The position numbers and the translations under genes were made by a program. Below the pieces are notes generated by a model that saw only the letters and a list, made by a program, of their open reading frames with translations, was not told the DNA's origin and searched no databases. A stretch of 64,000 nucleotides of DNA from Amphiscolops sp. MND2022 (taxonomy: Eukaryota): the NCBI GenBank assembly GCA_964187785.1, contig OZ076409.1:79362001-79426000 (forward strand). Reading direction: 5' to 3'. This document shows, piece after piece, positions 24,701 to 36,800 of this stretch (its first letter is position 1; each line of letters starts with the position of its first letter).

Positions 24701-26679
24701 GCACATTGGTCTGCTTTTATTGCCTTGTCCAGGTATTCTCTCATGAAGCTTGAGAATGCAGAGAGTGATCTGCTGAGGCCCTGGGCGAGACGACGGTATG
24801 CAAATGTTCTGCTTGCAAAATTAAAAGCTAGCATCTGAATTGATTGGTAGTCTGCCATTTGTAGGCAGTGGTAAGCCTGGGAGCAATCTAGTTTGCAGAA
24901 AAGCTTTTTTCCTGCCATGTGTTGAGCTGCATCCGACAAAGTGCTTACCGGGTGATTATTATTGGTATAATCTTCAGTTATTAAGTTATTGATTTTCCTT
25001 AGGTCAACAAGGAGCCTAAGGCGCCCATTGGGTTTGCGTTGTGCAAATATGGGAGTCGCGTATTTAGAGAAGGGTAGAGTTGTGATAATCCCATATTTGT
25101 GGAGAAGTGCAAGTTCTACCGTGATGTCATCCTTTAAGTTATTCGGCGTTGGTAGGCTTTGGCTATAAGCAGGTCTGTCATCATTTGGTGTAAGTTTTAT
25201 TTTGAATTCACGATTTATGCCAATATCGAAACGATGTCTGGCAAAAATGTCATGGAATTCAATGAGGATTTCTTCAATTTCCTGTTGTTCTTCATGGTTG
25301 AGTGTCGTATCAGACCAGTCGAAGTTCGACAGGAAAGCTTTTCGAGAAGATTCGTTGTCATGTGGATTCAATTTCTCGAGTTCTTTTAGTTCGAGAAGTT
25401 CATTGTAAATTCTTTGCTGAATTGGGGTGTAGGTAGCTGGGTCACCTGGTTCTTCAGGTGTTGGGAACCAGTATGTTTCGTGGTCAGTATTTGGTTGGGG
25501 GACCTTTAGCAATTCATTTATGTAGACCTCTGTTGTCTCTTCATATTGTATCATGAAAGATAGCAACGCTGGGTCTACCGGTTGGATGTGTTTAATTTGT
25601 TCTGGAGTTAGTATCTTGAAATCCGCTAAATGGGTATCAAGGGTTATTGTATATGGGAGTTCGGAGAAATTGATGATTTGATATCCGATAGCATTGTTAG
25701 TGACAGTGCTGAGTGATGATGTGATAAATATGCTATCGTGGTTTTCAAATTGTTGTGATGGTGTGACAATTCCTGTCGCATCATGATCCATCAGATGAGG
25801 CATTTTGCTTGCTATGGCAAGTGTTTCCCCTGGTTGTAGGGTATAGGTATTTTCGGCAAACAATGGTGTTGCTTGGCGTATTGCTGTTTGTGTATCAGGC
25901 TTGAGCTGCATCGAGAGGTAGGGAAAAGTTAAGATGCCTTGATTGACATCAAAAATTGCATTGTTCCTTCTGAGGAAACACAATCCGATGAGTGGGTTTG
26001 GTAGGTTTTTCATGACGATGAAATTTTCCCTCAACATGAAGTCAGCCACTTCAAATTCAAGTAATACAGTACCAATTGGAACTTCCAGTTGTCCATTAGC
26101 CACCATAATTTGGAAGTTTGGTGGGGGACCAGTTTCTTTTATAGCTTCACTTGCTAGGAGTTTGATTTTGTTGAGGTCTTGTTCAGAGATTGCGCTTGTA
26201 AGCGCTCCTGTATCGATAAGACCATCAAGCGTAAGTTTTTCGAAATCCATTGGTATGTAGTACATATGGCGTTTTCTCTTCAATGTCAAGGAGGTTGAGA
26301 TTGGAAGGTATGACAAGTTCCGTTCCTTGTCGAATTGTATATGTTCAGAGAGATCTTCATCTAAAAGTGGTTGTTTTTCTTCATTGCAAGAAGGTTTTAT
26401 TATAACATGATTTTTTGGAGTGTGGTGAATTTCTGGAGTTGGGTCACTTTTGGGATGGGTTGGTTGTTGTGGAAAGTAGTTCTCTGGTGCATCGTGCAAA
26501 AGTTCGTATAAGTCTTCAGTTTGAGTTTCTAGAGTCGATTGCTGCGAATTTTGTGTCGTTAGTTCAGTTTCGCAAACTGCTGTTTTTGTGGGTTTTGGGC
26601 TCAGCGGATGCTGCCAGTCATCTGCTAAGTTTTGTTTTTGTGGTGATTTTGTGTAGAGGCGTGGCGTTTCTAGTTTAAA
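21788..26679 (-). pseudogene. pol: Pol polyprotein (protease, RT, RNase H, integrase) with one nonsense codon and two frameshifts
   Basis: LIDTGA protease; LDCSQAYH and QYVDD RT; MSDAS..KEF..TDN RNase H; H-H-C-C and QMD..TDLG..LERTH integrase; GPY. In-frame TAA at 23632; frameshifts near 22730 and 22587. Confidence 0.93.
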
Positions 26680-28361
26680 TCCTTCGACGAGGATTGTTGT
26701 TGTCGTTCCATTCTTGGTTTGATTGGTTTTTTAGCTTGTTTATAGTTTTCGATCACCTTTTTCTGGGCTTCTGTGAGAGTCCATTTAGGTGGTCTATTTT
26801 CCATGTTTGCGCCAAAGTAGCAATTTTCTTCATCATGTCCCGGTGTATTGCAATTTTGGCATTTTTCAGCATCTGGGTCTTCCTCAAGTTTACGTCGTTT
26901 GGCTAATTTGGGGCATTCAGCCATCATGTGGCCTGTATCTTTGCAGTAACGGCATTGATCATTTTTGAGGGTTTTATTCGGTACTGTTTTTGGTGTTTGT
27001 GTTTTGGCTTTTTCATTTTGTTTTTTGTTGGTTTTTTCAGCGTTTTGTTCTTTTTTCGTGGCCGTCATCTGGGTTTTCACCAGGGGTTCATCAGCTTCCA
27101 AACCATTTAGCTCCATCTCTCTTTCGAGATGTTTGACGATTTGATCGTATGTTCCATTTTCAAGGTATGCTTGATTAATGGACTTTTTAAGGTGGGGAGG
27201 CATTTTAGCGTAGAGTAGGTTTTCTATCATCTGATATGCATTCTCGCCGAACGCTTTTTCAGCACTCTCTTGGAGTTCCTCTAAAAAATCTGGAAGTTTC
27301 TGGTGTTCTGGGTCAAATGCAAGTCTATTGAATCTGTGCTTAGCTGAGGCACTAGATTCCGGCTTGACATACTTTCTGCGAAAGACTTTTAGGATGTCTT
27401 CCAAAGTCGTTGTTGGGGTTCGTTGGATATTTTTAAACGTTTTGATTGCCAAACCTCTGAGATGTGCATGGAAATGGTTGATTTTCATTTCCTCAGTTAG
27501 GTTTGGTTGCATTTTTAGGGTTGTATGGAACAAGTCTTCAAAGTATTCAAATTTCTCATTTTTCTCATTTTTTCCATTGAAAGTCAATGTGTTTTTCGGA
27601 TGAAACAGTGATGGTTCTGTGTTTTTGTTAGCTAATCGTTCAATTGCAAGTGCAATTTGATTGACTGGGTCAAGTGGTTTTGTTGTTAAATTTGGCAGAT
27701 TTTGGTCTGCGTGGAATCCTGCCGTGTCATTTAGTTTTTGTGAACTTTGTCTATGGAGTTGTCGGTTGGCTCCTGTCACCATGTGATAATCCTCACCTAG
27801 GCTCTCTGCATCAGACTCTTCGTCTGAATGTATAGTTACGTCTACATCTGATTCAGCTCGAAACAAAGGCTTTGCAGGATGTCTAAGATCTTTCGTTTTA
27901 GAAGCCCTAAGAGGATAATCGTCATTTTCAGAATCAGAATTTCCAATGTTTGATGCGTGAACTCCATTAGACCTATCTATTTTGGATCCCGACGGTTGCT
28001 GATCTCTGTTTTCGTTAATTTCTGACCTTGGATTTGTTGCCGTAGAAGCGCTTTTGTTAGACTTTATCTCTTTTAAGATTGTTTCCAGTTTGTTTTCCAT
28101 CTCTTCTCTCATTTTTTCAATTCGATCATTATTCTTTTGTTCCATAATTTGGGTCCAGGCTTGAATTTCATTACTAACTACACTGGGTTCGATCAACTGG
28201 CCCTCTGAATTTTTTTCACCTAAATTTTCTTGAACAACCGTATTAGAATTAGTTAAAGTCTCATTACCTGTAATGGGTATTCCTACTTGAGTTACTTCCA
28301 CTTCTCTTTCTGGGGAAGGAGTTTCTAATCTCCTAGATCGTCTATTGCGTTTGTTTCCCAT
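26670..28361 (-). CDS. gag: Gag with two CCHC zinc knuckles and an N-terminal extension encoded in the 5' LTR
   Basis: Open from ATG 28361 (MGNKRNRRSRR); capsid-like region; CRYCKDTGHMMAEC and CQNCNTPGHDEENC. An alternative ATG overlaps the LTR/PBS junction. Confidence 0.88.
   Translation of the reverse strand: MGNKRNRRSRRLETPSPEREVEVTQVGIPITGNETLTNSNTVVQENLGEKNSEGQLIEPSVVSNEIQAWTQIMEQKNNDRIEKMREEMENKLETILKEIKSNKSASTATNPRSEINENRDQQPSGSKIDRSNGVHASNIGNSDSENDDYPLRASKTKDLRHPAKPLFRAESDVDVTIHSDEESDAESLGEDYHMVTGANRQLHRQSSQKLNDTAGFHADQNLPNLTTKPLDPVNQIALAIERLANKNTEPSLFHPKNTLTFNGKNEKNEKFEYFEDLFHTTLKMQPNLTEEMKINHFHAHLRGLAIKTFKNIQRTPTTTLEDILKVFRRKYVKPESSASAKHRFNRLAFDPEHQKLPDFLEELQESAEKAFGENAYQMIENLLYAKMPPHLKKSINQAYLENGTYDQIVKHLEREMELNGLEADEPLVKTQMTATKKEQNAEKTNKKQNEKAKTQTPKTVPNKTLKNDQCRYCKDTGHMMAECPKLAKRRKLEEDPDAEKCQNCNTPGHDEENCYFGANMENRPPKWTLTEAQKKVIENYKQAKKPIKPRMERQQQSSSKDLN
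26673..26679 (-). other. -1 ribosomal frameshift slippery heptamer T TTA AAC
   Basis: Gag ends GAT TTA AAC TAG; the -1 frame is open from there (LETPRLY...) into the pol ORF at 26499. Confidence 0.85.
27770..27781 (-). promoter_or_regulatory. Primer-binding site TGGTGACAGGAG (tRNA-Leu-like, tentative)
   Basis: TGG start immediately after the LTR-terminal CA; resembles TGGTGTCAGGAG Leu-type PBS with one mismatch. Confidence 0.75.
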
Positions 28362-29308
28362 ATTGCTTTGGGTGGAAATGGCTTTTGGCTTTTGGGGAAG
28401 AATTTGAATTATCTTGTCTATTTGAAATAACAAGACACTAGAGTATCAGCAAATTACCAAAAGGTTTACAGATGTTTGAAGAAGCAACTGCACTTGTTGA
28501 CAGTTCAGGATTGAATGAATTCTCCTTCAGTTTTTAGAATGAAATAGCTCCAAAAATACCATGACACTCATTTTTACTGCAATCATTATTTGGAAAAGAC
28601 AAAAATAGGATTACGTCAGGGTAACGTCATTCTATTTATAGCATCAGCTGAATTGCATCACGTTCTAAGTATATTTAAGGAAAGGACTAGGGAAAACCCT
28701 GGAAATTACCTAGAATGCGATATAAAATACAATTAAGATGGTTTCCAAATAGCATTACTTCAGCTTCCAAAGCTATATAGAAGGTCCTGCTAAAACCGCA
28801 TAATGACGAGTATACGTCACTACACAATCCGCAGAATACCGCATAGTGTTTCTGCAAAAAAAAACGTATAGTGACGAGTATGCGTCACTCCTCGAACTGT
28901 AGGGTGCCGCATAGTGAATCTTGACAAAAACGCATAATGACGAGTATGCGGTACTGCTCGAACCGCAGACTACCGCATAGTCGTCAGCACAAAATGGTAT
29001 TTAAACTAAATTGGGCTAAATAAGAATCAATGTTACGTAACATATTGCTCATCAACACGTGTTTCCTTTACTCTAACTCGGGTTTTATGCAATTGTTTGC
29101 TCTCAATGACATGTAAAACTAGGCCCTTTTCACATTAAATTGTACAAGTTATTTACATGACTTTCGAAAAAGAGAAAAGGCAAAATGAAAACAAATAAAA
29201 CAAAATGTTTATTGTGAAAGTTTCACAGTTTTCAGACGATGGTCAGACACACTGTTCGCTTCAACTACTGTTGCTCTCCGGATCCCACGCAAGTTCTGGG
29301 TTGCGACA
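27782..29308 (-). repeat. 5' LTR (1527 bp), with candidate TATA box TATAAATA at 28633-28640 and motif array ~28795-28990
   Basis: Matches the 3' LTR; followed by the PBS; TSD adjacent. Confidence 0.93.
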
Positions 29309-30971
29309 CCAAGGTAATAATTCAATTCACAAGCTTAAAGTGCGCCCAGTATTTAACGAGCTCAAATACACAGGCATGCAAGTGGATAATCAAAACTGCA
29401 AAACACCAACATGGCGCGCCACACAGCTAATAAGCACCAAACAAAGATGAAAAGACTCACTCGTTTTTGCAATTCTCGCTACTTACGGTGACTTTTTGCT
29501 AAAATCCACAATAATATATCAAACTAGAACGAACATGTGCTTATCTCCTAATTTAGCGACTTTTAAAACGTTTTTATGCTACACAGGCTCTACTGCCCGC
29601 CTTCTGTTCTTGACTTATTTTCTATTCAAAATGGCTGAAACAGCGAAAAGAGCAATAACGTGCTTAATGCCATGTCAAAATTTGGATCAAAATTTTACGG
29701 CAACTTTCTCTATCACCATCATGCTTGTTTGTATGTTTAGAGGGTGAAATTACAAAAAAAAGCAAAATATATTTGCAAGATACCAGTGAGAAGGACCCCT
29801 GTGGTACCTCTTGGTCTGTGTCTCATTTCAGAAAGTTTCATTACATTTATTCGACTTCGCAATTTTCACGCTTGTGTGCTTAAACACTTCAAGTTATAAA
29901 AGTTAATGATGACGTTTCACGAAATCATTCCATCTTTCGTCCAATTGAAGCGCTTATAGTAGTTGCCTTCAATCTTCGCACTTTTGTAGTAATTAACAGT
30001 GGAGATTTGCTTGGTTTTGCTCCAATGCACGTAATTTATCTGATGCAGTTTTGACGAATAGTCAAGATTTGTCAACTTTACTCACAACATTTCGCTGCGA
30101 TCGCAAGCAAATATCCAAGATGAAATCGAGCGGCAAGTTCCCATTTCGCTAATAAATGTCCGTTGGCGCTAGTTGACGGGTGGGTGAATTCGCCATTGAT
30201 TACATGGAAAACAATTAATTCATCCTCTAAAATATTGAGCCAGCTTGATGAAGAAAAGTGATCATTTTTCATCAATGTAGTGACGTTTCATGGAATTTAC
30301 AATGTAATTTCAATTACAGTCAACATAGACCCACCATTAGAATCTTTTTGATAATTAGTATGCTTCAAGAATTTATTAAGAAACCGAATCAATCGAAATC
30401 ATCGTTTCGTCAAGAAATATATGTAGATGAAAACAGGGAAAACATTTTTCATGAGATTATGAAGTGAAAAGTTGATTATTTTCTAGTAATACGAACATGG
30501 CGCGAAAAGTTTCGAAATCAATTTAGCGACTTTTTGCTATAGTAAAAAAATGTTGATAATGCTGATTACGCTCGCGAAAAACGTGTTTCCAGCGTGTTTT
30601 CATTGGGGACATGTATTCGTTTAAATGCTTTAGGTGAAAGTCTTTCGAATTTTGACAACATTAGAAACCGTCTCCTTTTGGAAAACACATTGTGGAATGC
30701 CAAGGGCAAACTGCCACATTTCGTAACCTTTACTCTAGACAGAGAGTTGTTTAGATATTATTTACAAACAAATTCTAATTGATTTGTGTCGTATTTATGT
30801 TTAGAATACTATAACATACCATTCGTTTGTTGAAGTATACTATAGATCAGTTGAAAGATACTTACTCCCCTAACATCGTTTTAAATAGCTTTGTGAGATC
30901 TTAACATGGCGCAGTAGCAAGATTTTATCCTTTTACACCACAACACACTCTTTTTAAACCACACCAACAAA

Positions 30972-33891
30972 ATGACCACTACAACAAAGATACAATTACC
31001 GTATCTAGAGGATACCAGACTAGACGGGAAGAAAATGTACACACCCAGAGAAAGGACCGAACGATTCCGGCATTACATAAAGAGAATTCACAATATCGAC
31101 ATCAAACAAATACTGACGGACGATACGGTGCCCACCGACGAGAATTGGAATACAAAAGAACCAGAAATCAGACAAGATTTCATTTGGGGCGCCAGACCGT
31201 CAGCTATTGAAATCATCACAAAAGGAGAGTTCAACACGGACCCCGACACGATCAAAGTTGAAAAATTAATACAACTCTTCTGGGAATATTACATGCCAAA
31301 CAGAAACACCTACCACAGCTGTGGAGATTTCTTTTGGACAAAACAAGAAGTCAATGAGACACCCGAGGAACACTGGAAAAAACTAGTAACACTGAAACAG
31401 AACTGCGATTTCAAGAACATAAAACATGAAGATATCCTCACATCAAAATTCATCACGTGTATAACCGACAAAAAATTCGGGAGAAGCTTATCCGTGAAAA
31501 GACCGTAGACTTGAAAACAACCATAAAACTCTTTACCCAAAACAGCTACGACCGTCGAAATAAATAATCCCCGATACCACCTTCTTTGGCAAAAGACAAA
31601 AAAAACAAGAACCCATACAAAAAAATCAAACAAAACAGTACCGAAACCAAACGAAGAAAAATAATTGCGGATTCTGCGGAAAACAGAACTGGACCCCAAC
31701 ACAACTGCCCGGCAAAAACGGAAAAATGCAACAACTGCCAGAAATAAGGGCATTTTGCACGGGTATGCCGCGGAAAACCAAACAACAAAAAAGAAAAATC
31801 AATTACCTAGGGGTTATAACATCAGAAGACAATGAAGAAACTGATCCCGAAGAAATACACCAAATGACGCAAATAAACAAAATAATACCGGACAATAATG
31901 ATCATTACGGCGTAAACGGAGAAAAACAAAGATTCATTATCGACACCGGCTCTCCGGTTACTATCATGCGAAACAACACAACCCTATACAAACCAGAATA
32001 TATCGAACCGCTGAGAGAAAATAATCAAGATGTGAATAAAAGCGAAATCAAATTATTGGCAAAAGTACGGGTAAACATCAAATACAACAACACATAAATC
32101 AAACTACCACTCCTAATTACAAAGAAACCGTTATACCACCCTTATTAGGAGTAAATTGGCTGAAACAATTACCAATCACAATCAACGGAGTCGCATTGAA
32201 CAAAGATACTAACCAATCACAAACAGCGATACACACAAAATTCAAGAAGTTATTCGAAACAAACCATACAATCAAGAATACCGAAGTGAAGATACATATC
32301 AAACCGGGATGTTGCCCAATACAACGGAAAGCACGACCAATACCATATCACCTGCAAGACGACGTAAAAACGAACTAGACCGATTAATAAAATCCGGACA
32401 CCTGGAAAGATTGGAAACAATCGAAGAAGACTGTTTCGTATCCCCCGTAGTAATTACGGTAAAAAAGGACAAAACGAACAAAATTGCACTCGAGGTCGCA
32501 AATTAAACGAAAACTGTATCCAAAAAAGACCATACATGCCAAATATGGACGAACTGCTTAACCAAATCTCTTCCGAACTGTCAAAAAACGACTTAGATCC
32601 AATTTGGACATTAGTGATAGATCTAGACTACGCCTACGGACAAATGAAATTGGAACCGGAACCAAGCAAACACTGTAATTTTGCAATTACGGGAGAGAAA
32701 ATAAATGGATATTACCGATTCCTGAAGGGATTTTACGGACCAGCTGATATACCCACAGTCTTTCAAGAAACGATAGACCGAACACTTCGCCACCAAATAC
32801 CAGTATGGCTGGACGATATATTATCGAAAAACGCGGTTCAAAAGAACAGCATACACAAAAAATAGAAACAGTCCCAGCGAAACTAGAAATTGAAGGATAC
32901 AAAGCCACAAAAGAAATCAAAATATTACCAAATAGAAACAGTGTGATTGGGACACACCATATCACAAGATGGTATCAGACCAAACAAAGAAAAAACACGC
33001 AATCAACGAATTGAGCACACCGACAAATACCAAAACACTTAAATTATTCCTCGGAGCAATACAATACTTCGCAAAATTTATACCAAACCTATCCGAAAAA
33101 ACCGACAATATGAGGCGACTACAGAAAAAAAGAACAAAATGGGGATGGACGGAAGAACAAAACACCGATTTGAATAACCTAGTAAAAAGAACTAACGACA
33201 CTACCTTGTCTACCACACTACAACGGAAACAAAGACAACGTCGTCAAAACCGACGCTTGAAATACCGGTCTGGGAATAGCTTTATGGTAACGACAAAACA
33301 ACGACGAATTAAAACCAATCGCTTTCGCCAGCAGATACTTGAATGATGCAAAAAAAAATCTGTCGGCGAACTGGAATAACTAGCCGTAGTCTGGGGCTAC
33401 GGTTCGGATTTTTCTCAGACCATCAAGCTCTGGAACCCTTATTAAAGAAAAACAAGATAAACAAACAGTACACTGCCCGACTAACACGGTGGTTAGACAG
33501 ATTAAACCATTTTGACATAACATTAAAGTACACCGCCGGCAAAAGAATCAAATTCATCAAATTTCTTTAGCCGAAATCCAACAGAAAATGCTGAACCGGC
33601 AGAAAATAACGAGGAAGAAATCGTCATCAACGCCATCGCGCAATTGGCAACGGTAAATGGCCGTATTGGACGGATTTTCAACCAATCAGAAGACAGAAAC
33701 ACTGATAGACGGACAGCATGCATAATACGCGCAAGCGGACTGGTACGCATCACTGCAGAACAAACAACAGCCATTCCAATTTAACACTGACCGCTAATCA
33801 GACCAACTCCGACAACAGCAAACGAAGCGCCCAATTAAAGCAAGAAATGATGGCTGATAACAAAATTAACTGTTGAAAGTCGGATGAATAC
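30972..33891 (+). pseudogene. Outer element gag-PR-RT-RH, heavily frameshifted
   Basis: IIDTGSP, IDLDYAYGQ, PVWLDD, FLGAIQY and DHQAL fragments spread across several frames. Confidence 0.88.
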
Positions 33892-36800
33892 TGTTATATT
33901 CGGATCATCCCGGCTTGACCTCTACCGTAAATTCGGATACCAGCAGTCTAGAAGCTAGGAGTTGTTTACCAACAAACTCTAAATAGACTCTCATACCATA
34001 CAAACATTTAAACTTTTGTTTTGGTTACAATACAGTGATACAAACATAGATCTACCTCTTTTAACAATTTTCTTTTCTCCTAACCTATATCCCTAGAAGA
34101 GAACATGGCGCAGTCAGCCGATTTTTAAACTGTGTAAACCCTTCATAACGGAAAACAATGGCTGAAAGAAACACCGTCCCAAACCTAAAAACAAAAGCCA
34201 CAGACGGAAACCCAGTATTTACACCGAGACAATGGCTTGAAAGGTTCCGGCAGTTTTGTAAACGGGAACACGAAATCGACATTACCCATTACTGAAAGGA
34301 GAAAACATTACGGACGCAAATTGCAACGGAAAAGAACAAGCTGTACAAGAAGATTTCATATGGGGAGTGGGACCGGAAGCACTATACCAAATAACCAGGG
34401 CCGAATATAAAACGGAACCCGACAGTATAAAAGTGAAGGACCAAATCCGGTTATTCACTGAATTCTACATGCCGAAAAGAAATACTTACCACAACCGAGG
34501 CGACTTCTTTTGGGCAAAGCAAACTGAAGATGAGACACCGGAGGAATTCTGGAGACGACTAATTGAAATCGAAAAAGAGTGTAACTTTAATGCAATATCA
34601 GCCGAAGAATTGTTGATATCAAAATACATGACCGCAATCACCGATAAAAAACTACGGGACAAAATAATGAAAGAAAAAACGCTGGAACTGAAGAAAATAA
34701 TCGAACTGATAAAACAAAATACATACGAGAAAAAGAATAAAAAGAACACAATACCGGAAGTTTTGATATCAACAAAAGAAAAACACATGATAAAGGAAGA
34801 ACCAATACAAAGAATGGAACGATTCGGTAACAGACCGAAAAATAAAAACTACGGAAACCGTACATGCAGATTTTGCAATGCTCCAAACTGGACACCGATG
34901 CACAAATGTCCCGCACTAGAAGCGAACTGCAACAAATGCGGAAAGAAGGGACATTACGCAAAAGCATGCAGACAGAATTTCAATAACAACCGAACAGTGA
35001 AAAGACTAACCGAAGAAGAAATGAACGAACCGGACGAATCAACAAGCGAATCAGATGAGAGCATACACCACATAAAAGAAATCAAGAAGATAAACGAAAT
35101 GAACAAACACTTCACAGCGGTAGTACGAGTTAATGGGGTAAAGAAAGAATTCATAATTGACACCGGATCACCCATTTCAATTATGCCACCCGACGAAAGA
35201 ATTATAAAATCAACCGAAATTCAGAAAATAACTAACCGATACCAAGATGTGAACAAAAACGAGGTAAAATTCCGGGGGAAAACACCGGTAAACATCGAAC
35301 ATGAAAATAACAATCAAAAAATGGAAATCCTAATAACCGAGAGAACAGATATAACACCATTACTCGGTATGGACTGGATGAAGAAATTCAAACTGACAAT
35401 GAGAAGAATACAATTAGCCGAGAACAACCAATCAGAACGCGAGAAAATATTTAGCAAATTTCCGGATCTATTTGAGAACAACGACACAATCAAAGATACC
35501 GAAACAAATATCCAATTAAAACCTGGACACTACCCGGTAAAACAAAAAGCTAGACCGATACCACTACATCTAAAGGAAGATGTAGGACGGGAATTAGAAA
35601 AACTAATAAAATCCGGACATTTGGAAAAAGTAAAAGACGTAGACGAAGATTGCTTCGTATCACCGGTGGTAATTACCGTGAAGAACGATAAATTGGTGAA
35701 AATAGCTCTGGACTCACGCAAATTAAATGACAGCTGTATCAAAATGAGACCGCACATGCCGAATATGGAAGAACTGTTAAACCAAATTTCGGTAGAAATA
35801 ACACGTGACCGAACACTACAACTATTCATGTCAAAGATCGACTTGGATTATGCGTACGGCCAAACGAAATTATCCGAAGAAACAAGCAGACAATGCGTAT
35901 TCGCATTAACCGGAGGAAAATTTAGTGAAAACTACCGGTTCAAAAAAGGTTTTTACGGCTTGGCAGATATACCCACAATATTCCAAGAGAAAATCGACCG
36001 TACACTCGGATACTGTACACCGGCTTGGCTAGACGATATTATCGTGGTAACCCGAGGAAATAAACAAGACCACGAGAAAAAGTTATTCGAAATACTGAAG
36101 AAACTAGAAAAAGCCGGCTACCGAGCAAGTAAAATGAAACCCGAATTCTTCATGAACCGCACAAAATGGCTGGGACACGAAATTGATGAAAACGGAATTA
36201 AACCGAACGAAGAAAAAGTGGAGGCAATATTGAAATTAAAACCACCGGAAAATACAAACGAACTAAAATCACTTCTCGGAACAATACAATACATGGCAAA
36301 ATGTCTACCAAAACTGTCGGAGCGGACCGATAGATTGAGAAAATTACTCAAAAAGAATGAACAATGGAAATGGGGACCGGAACAAGAAACGGATTTTAAG
36401 CGAATAAAACAAATGCTTACCGAAGGCCCATGCTTGGCACACTACGCAAAAGAAAAAGACAATATAGTGACAACCGACGCCAGCACAACCGGGCTGGAAA
36501 TAACACTCTGGCAAAAACAAGTTGACGGAAATACAAAACCGATAGCGTACGGAAGCAGATATTTGAATGAAACCGAAAAGAAATACTCAATCGGCGAATT
36601 GGAATTATTGGCGGTAGTGTGGGGATTAGAGAAATTCCGATTTTATCTATACGGGAAGAAAGTTCACCTATACACCGACCACCAAGCATTGGAACCACTC
36701 ATAAAAAGAAACCGAAGTAATAAACAATACAACGCGAGATTGACAAGGTGGTTAGACCGCCTAACGCACTTTGATATATCAATACAACATATCGCAGGCA

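Larger units (their letters stand above)
4362..29308 (-). mobile_element. Large Ty3/gypsy LTR retrotransposon with accessory genes and an internal duplication
   Basis: LTRs 4362-5888 and 27782-29308 (minus strand TGTCGCAA...TTATCACA); TSD CCAAG at 4357-4361 and 29309-29313; PBS next to the 5' LTR; gag then PR-RT-RH-IN order. Confidence 0.95.
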
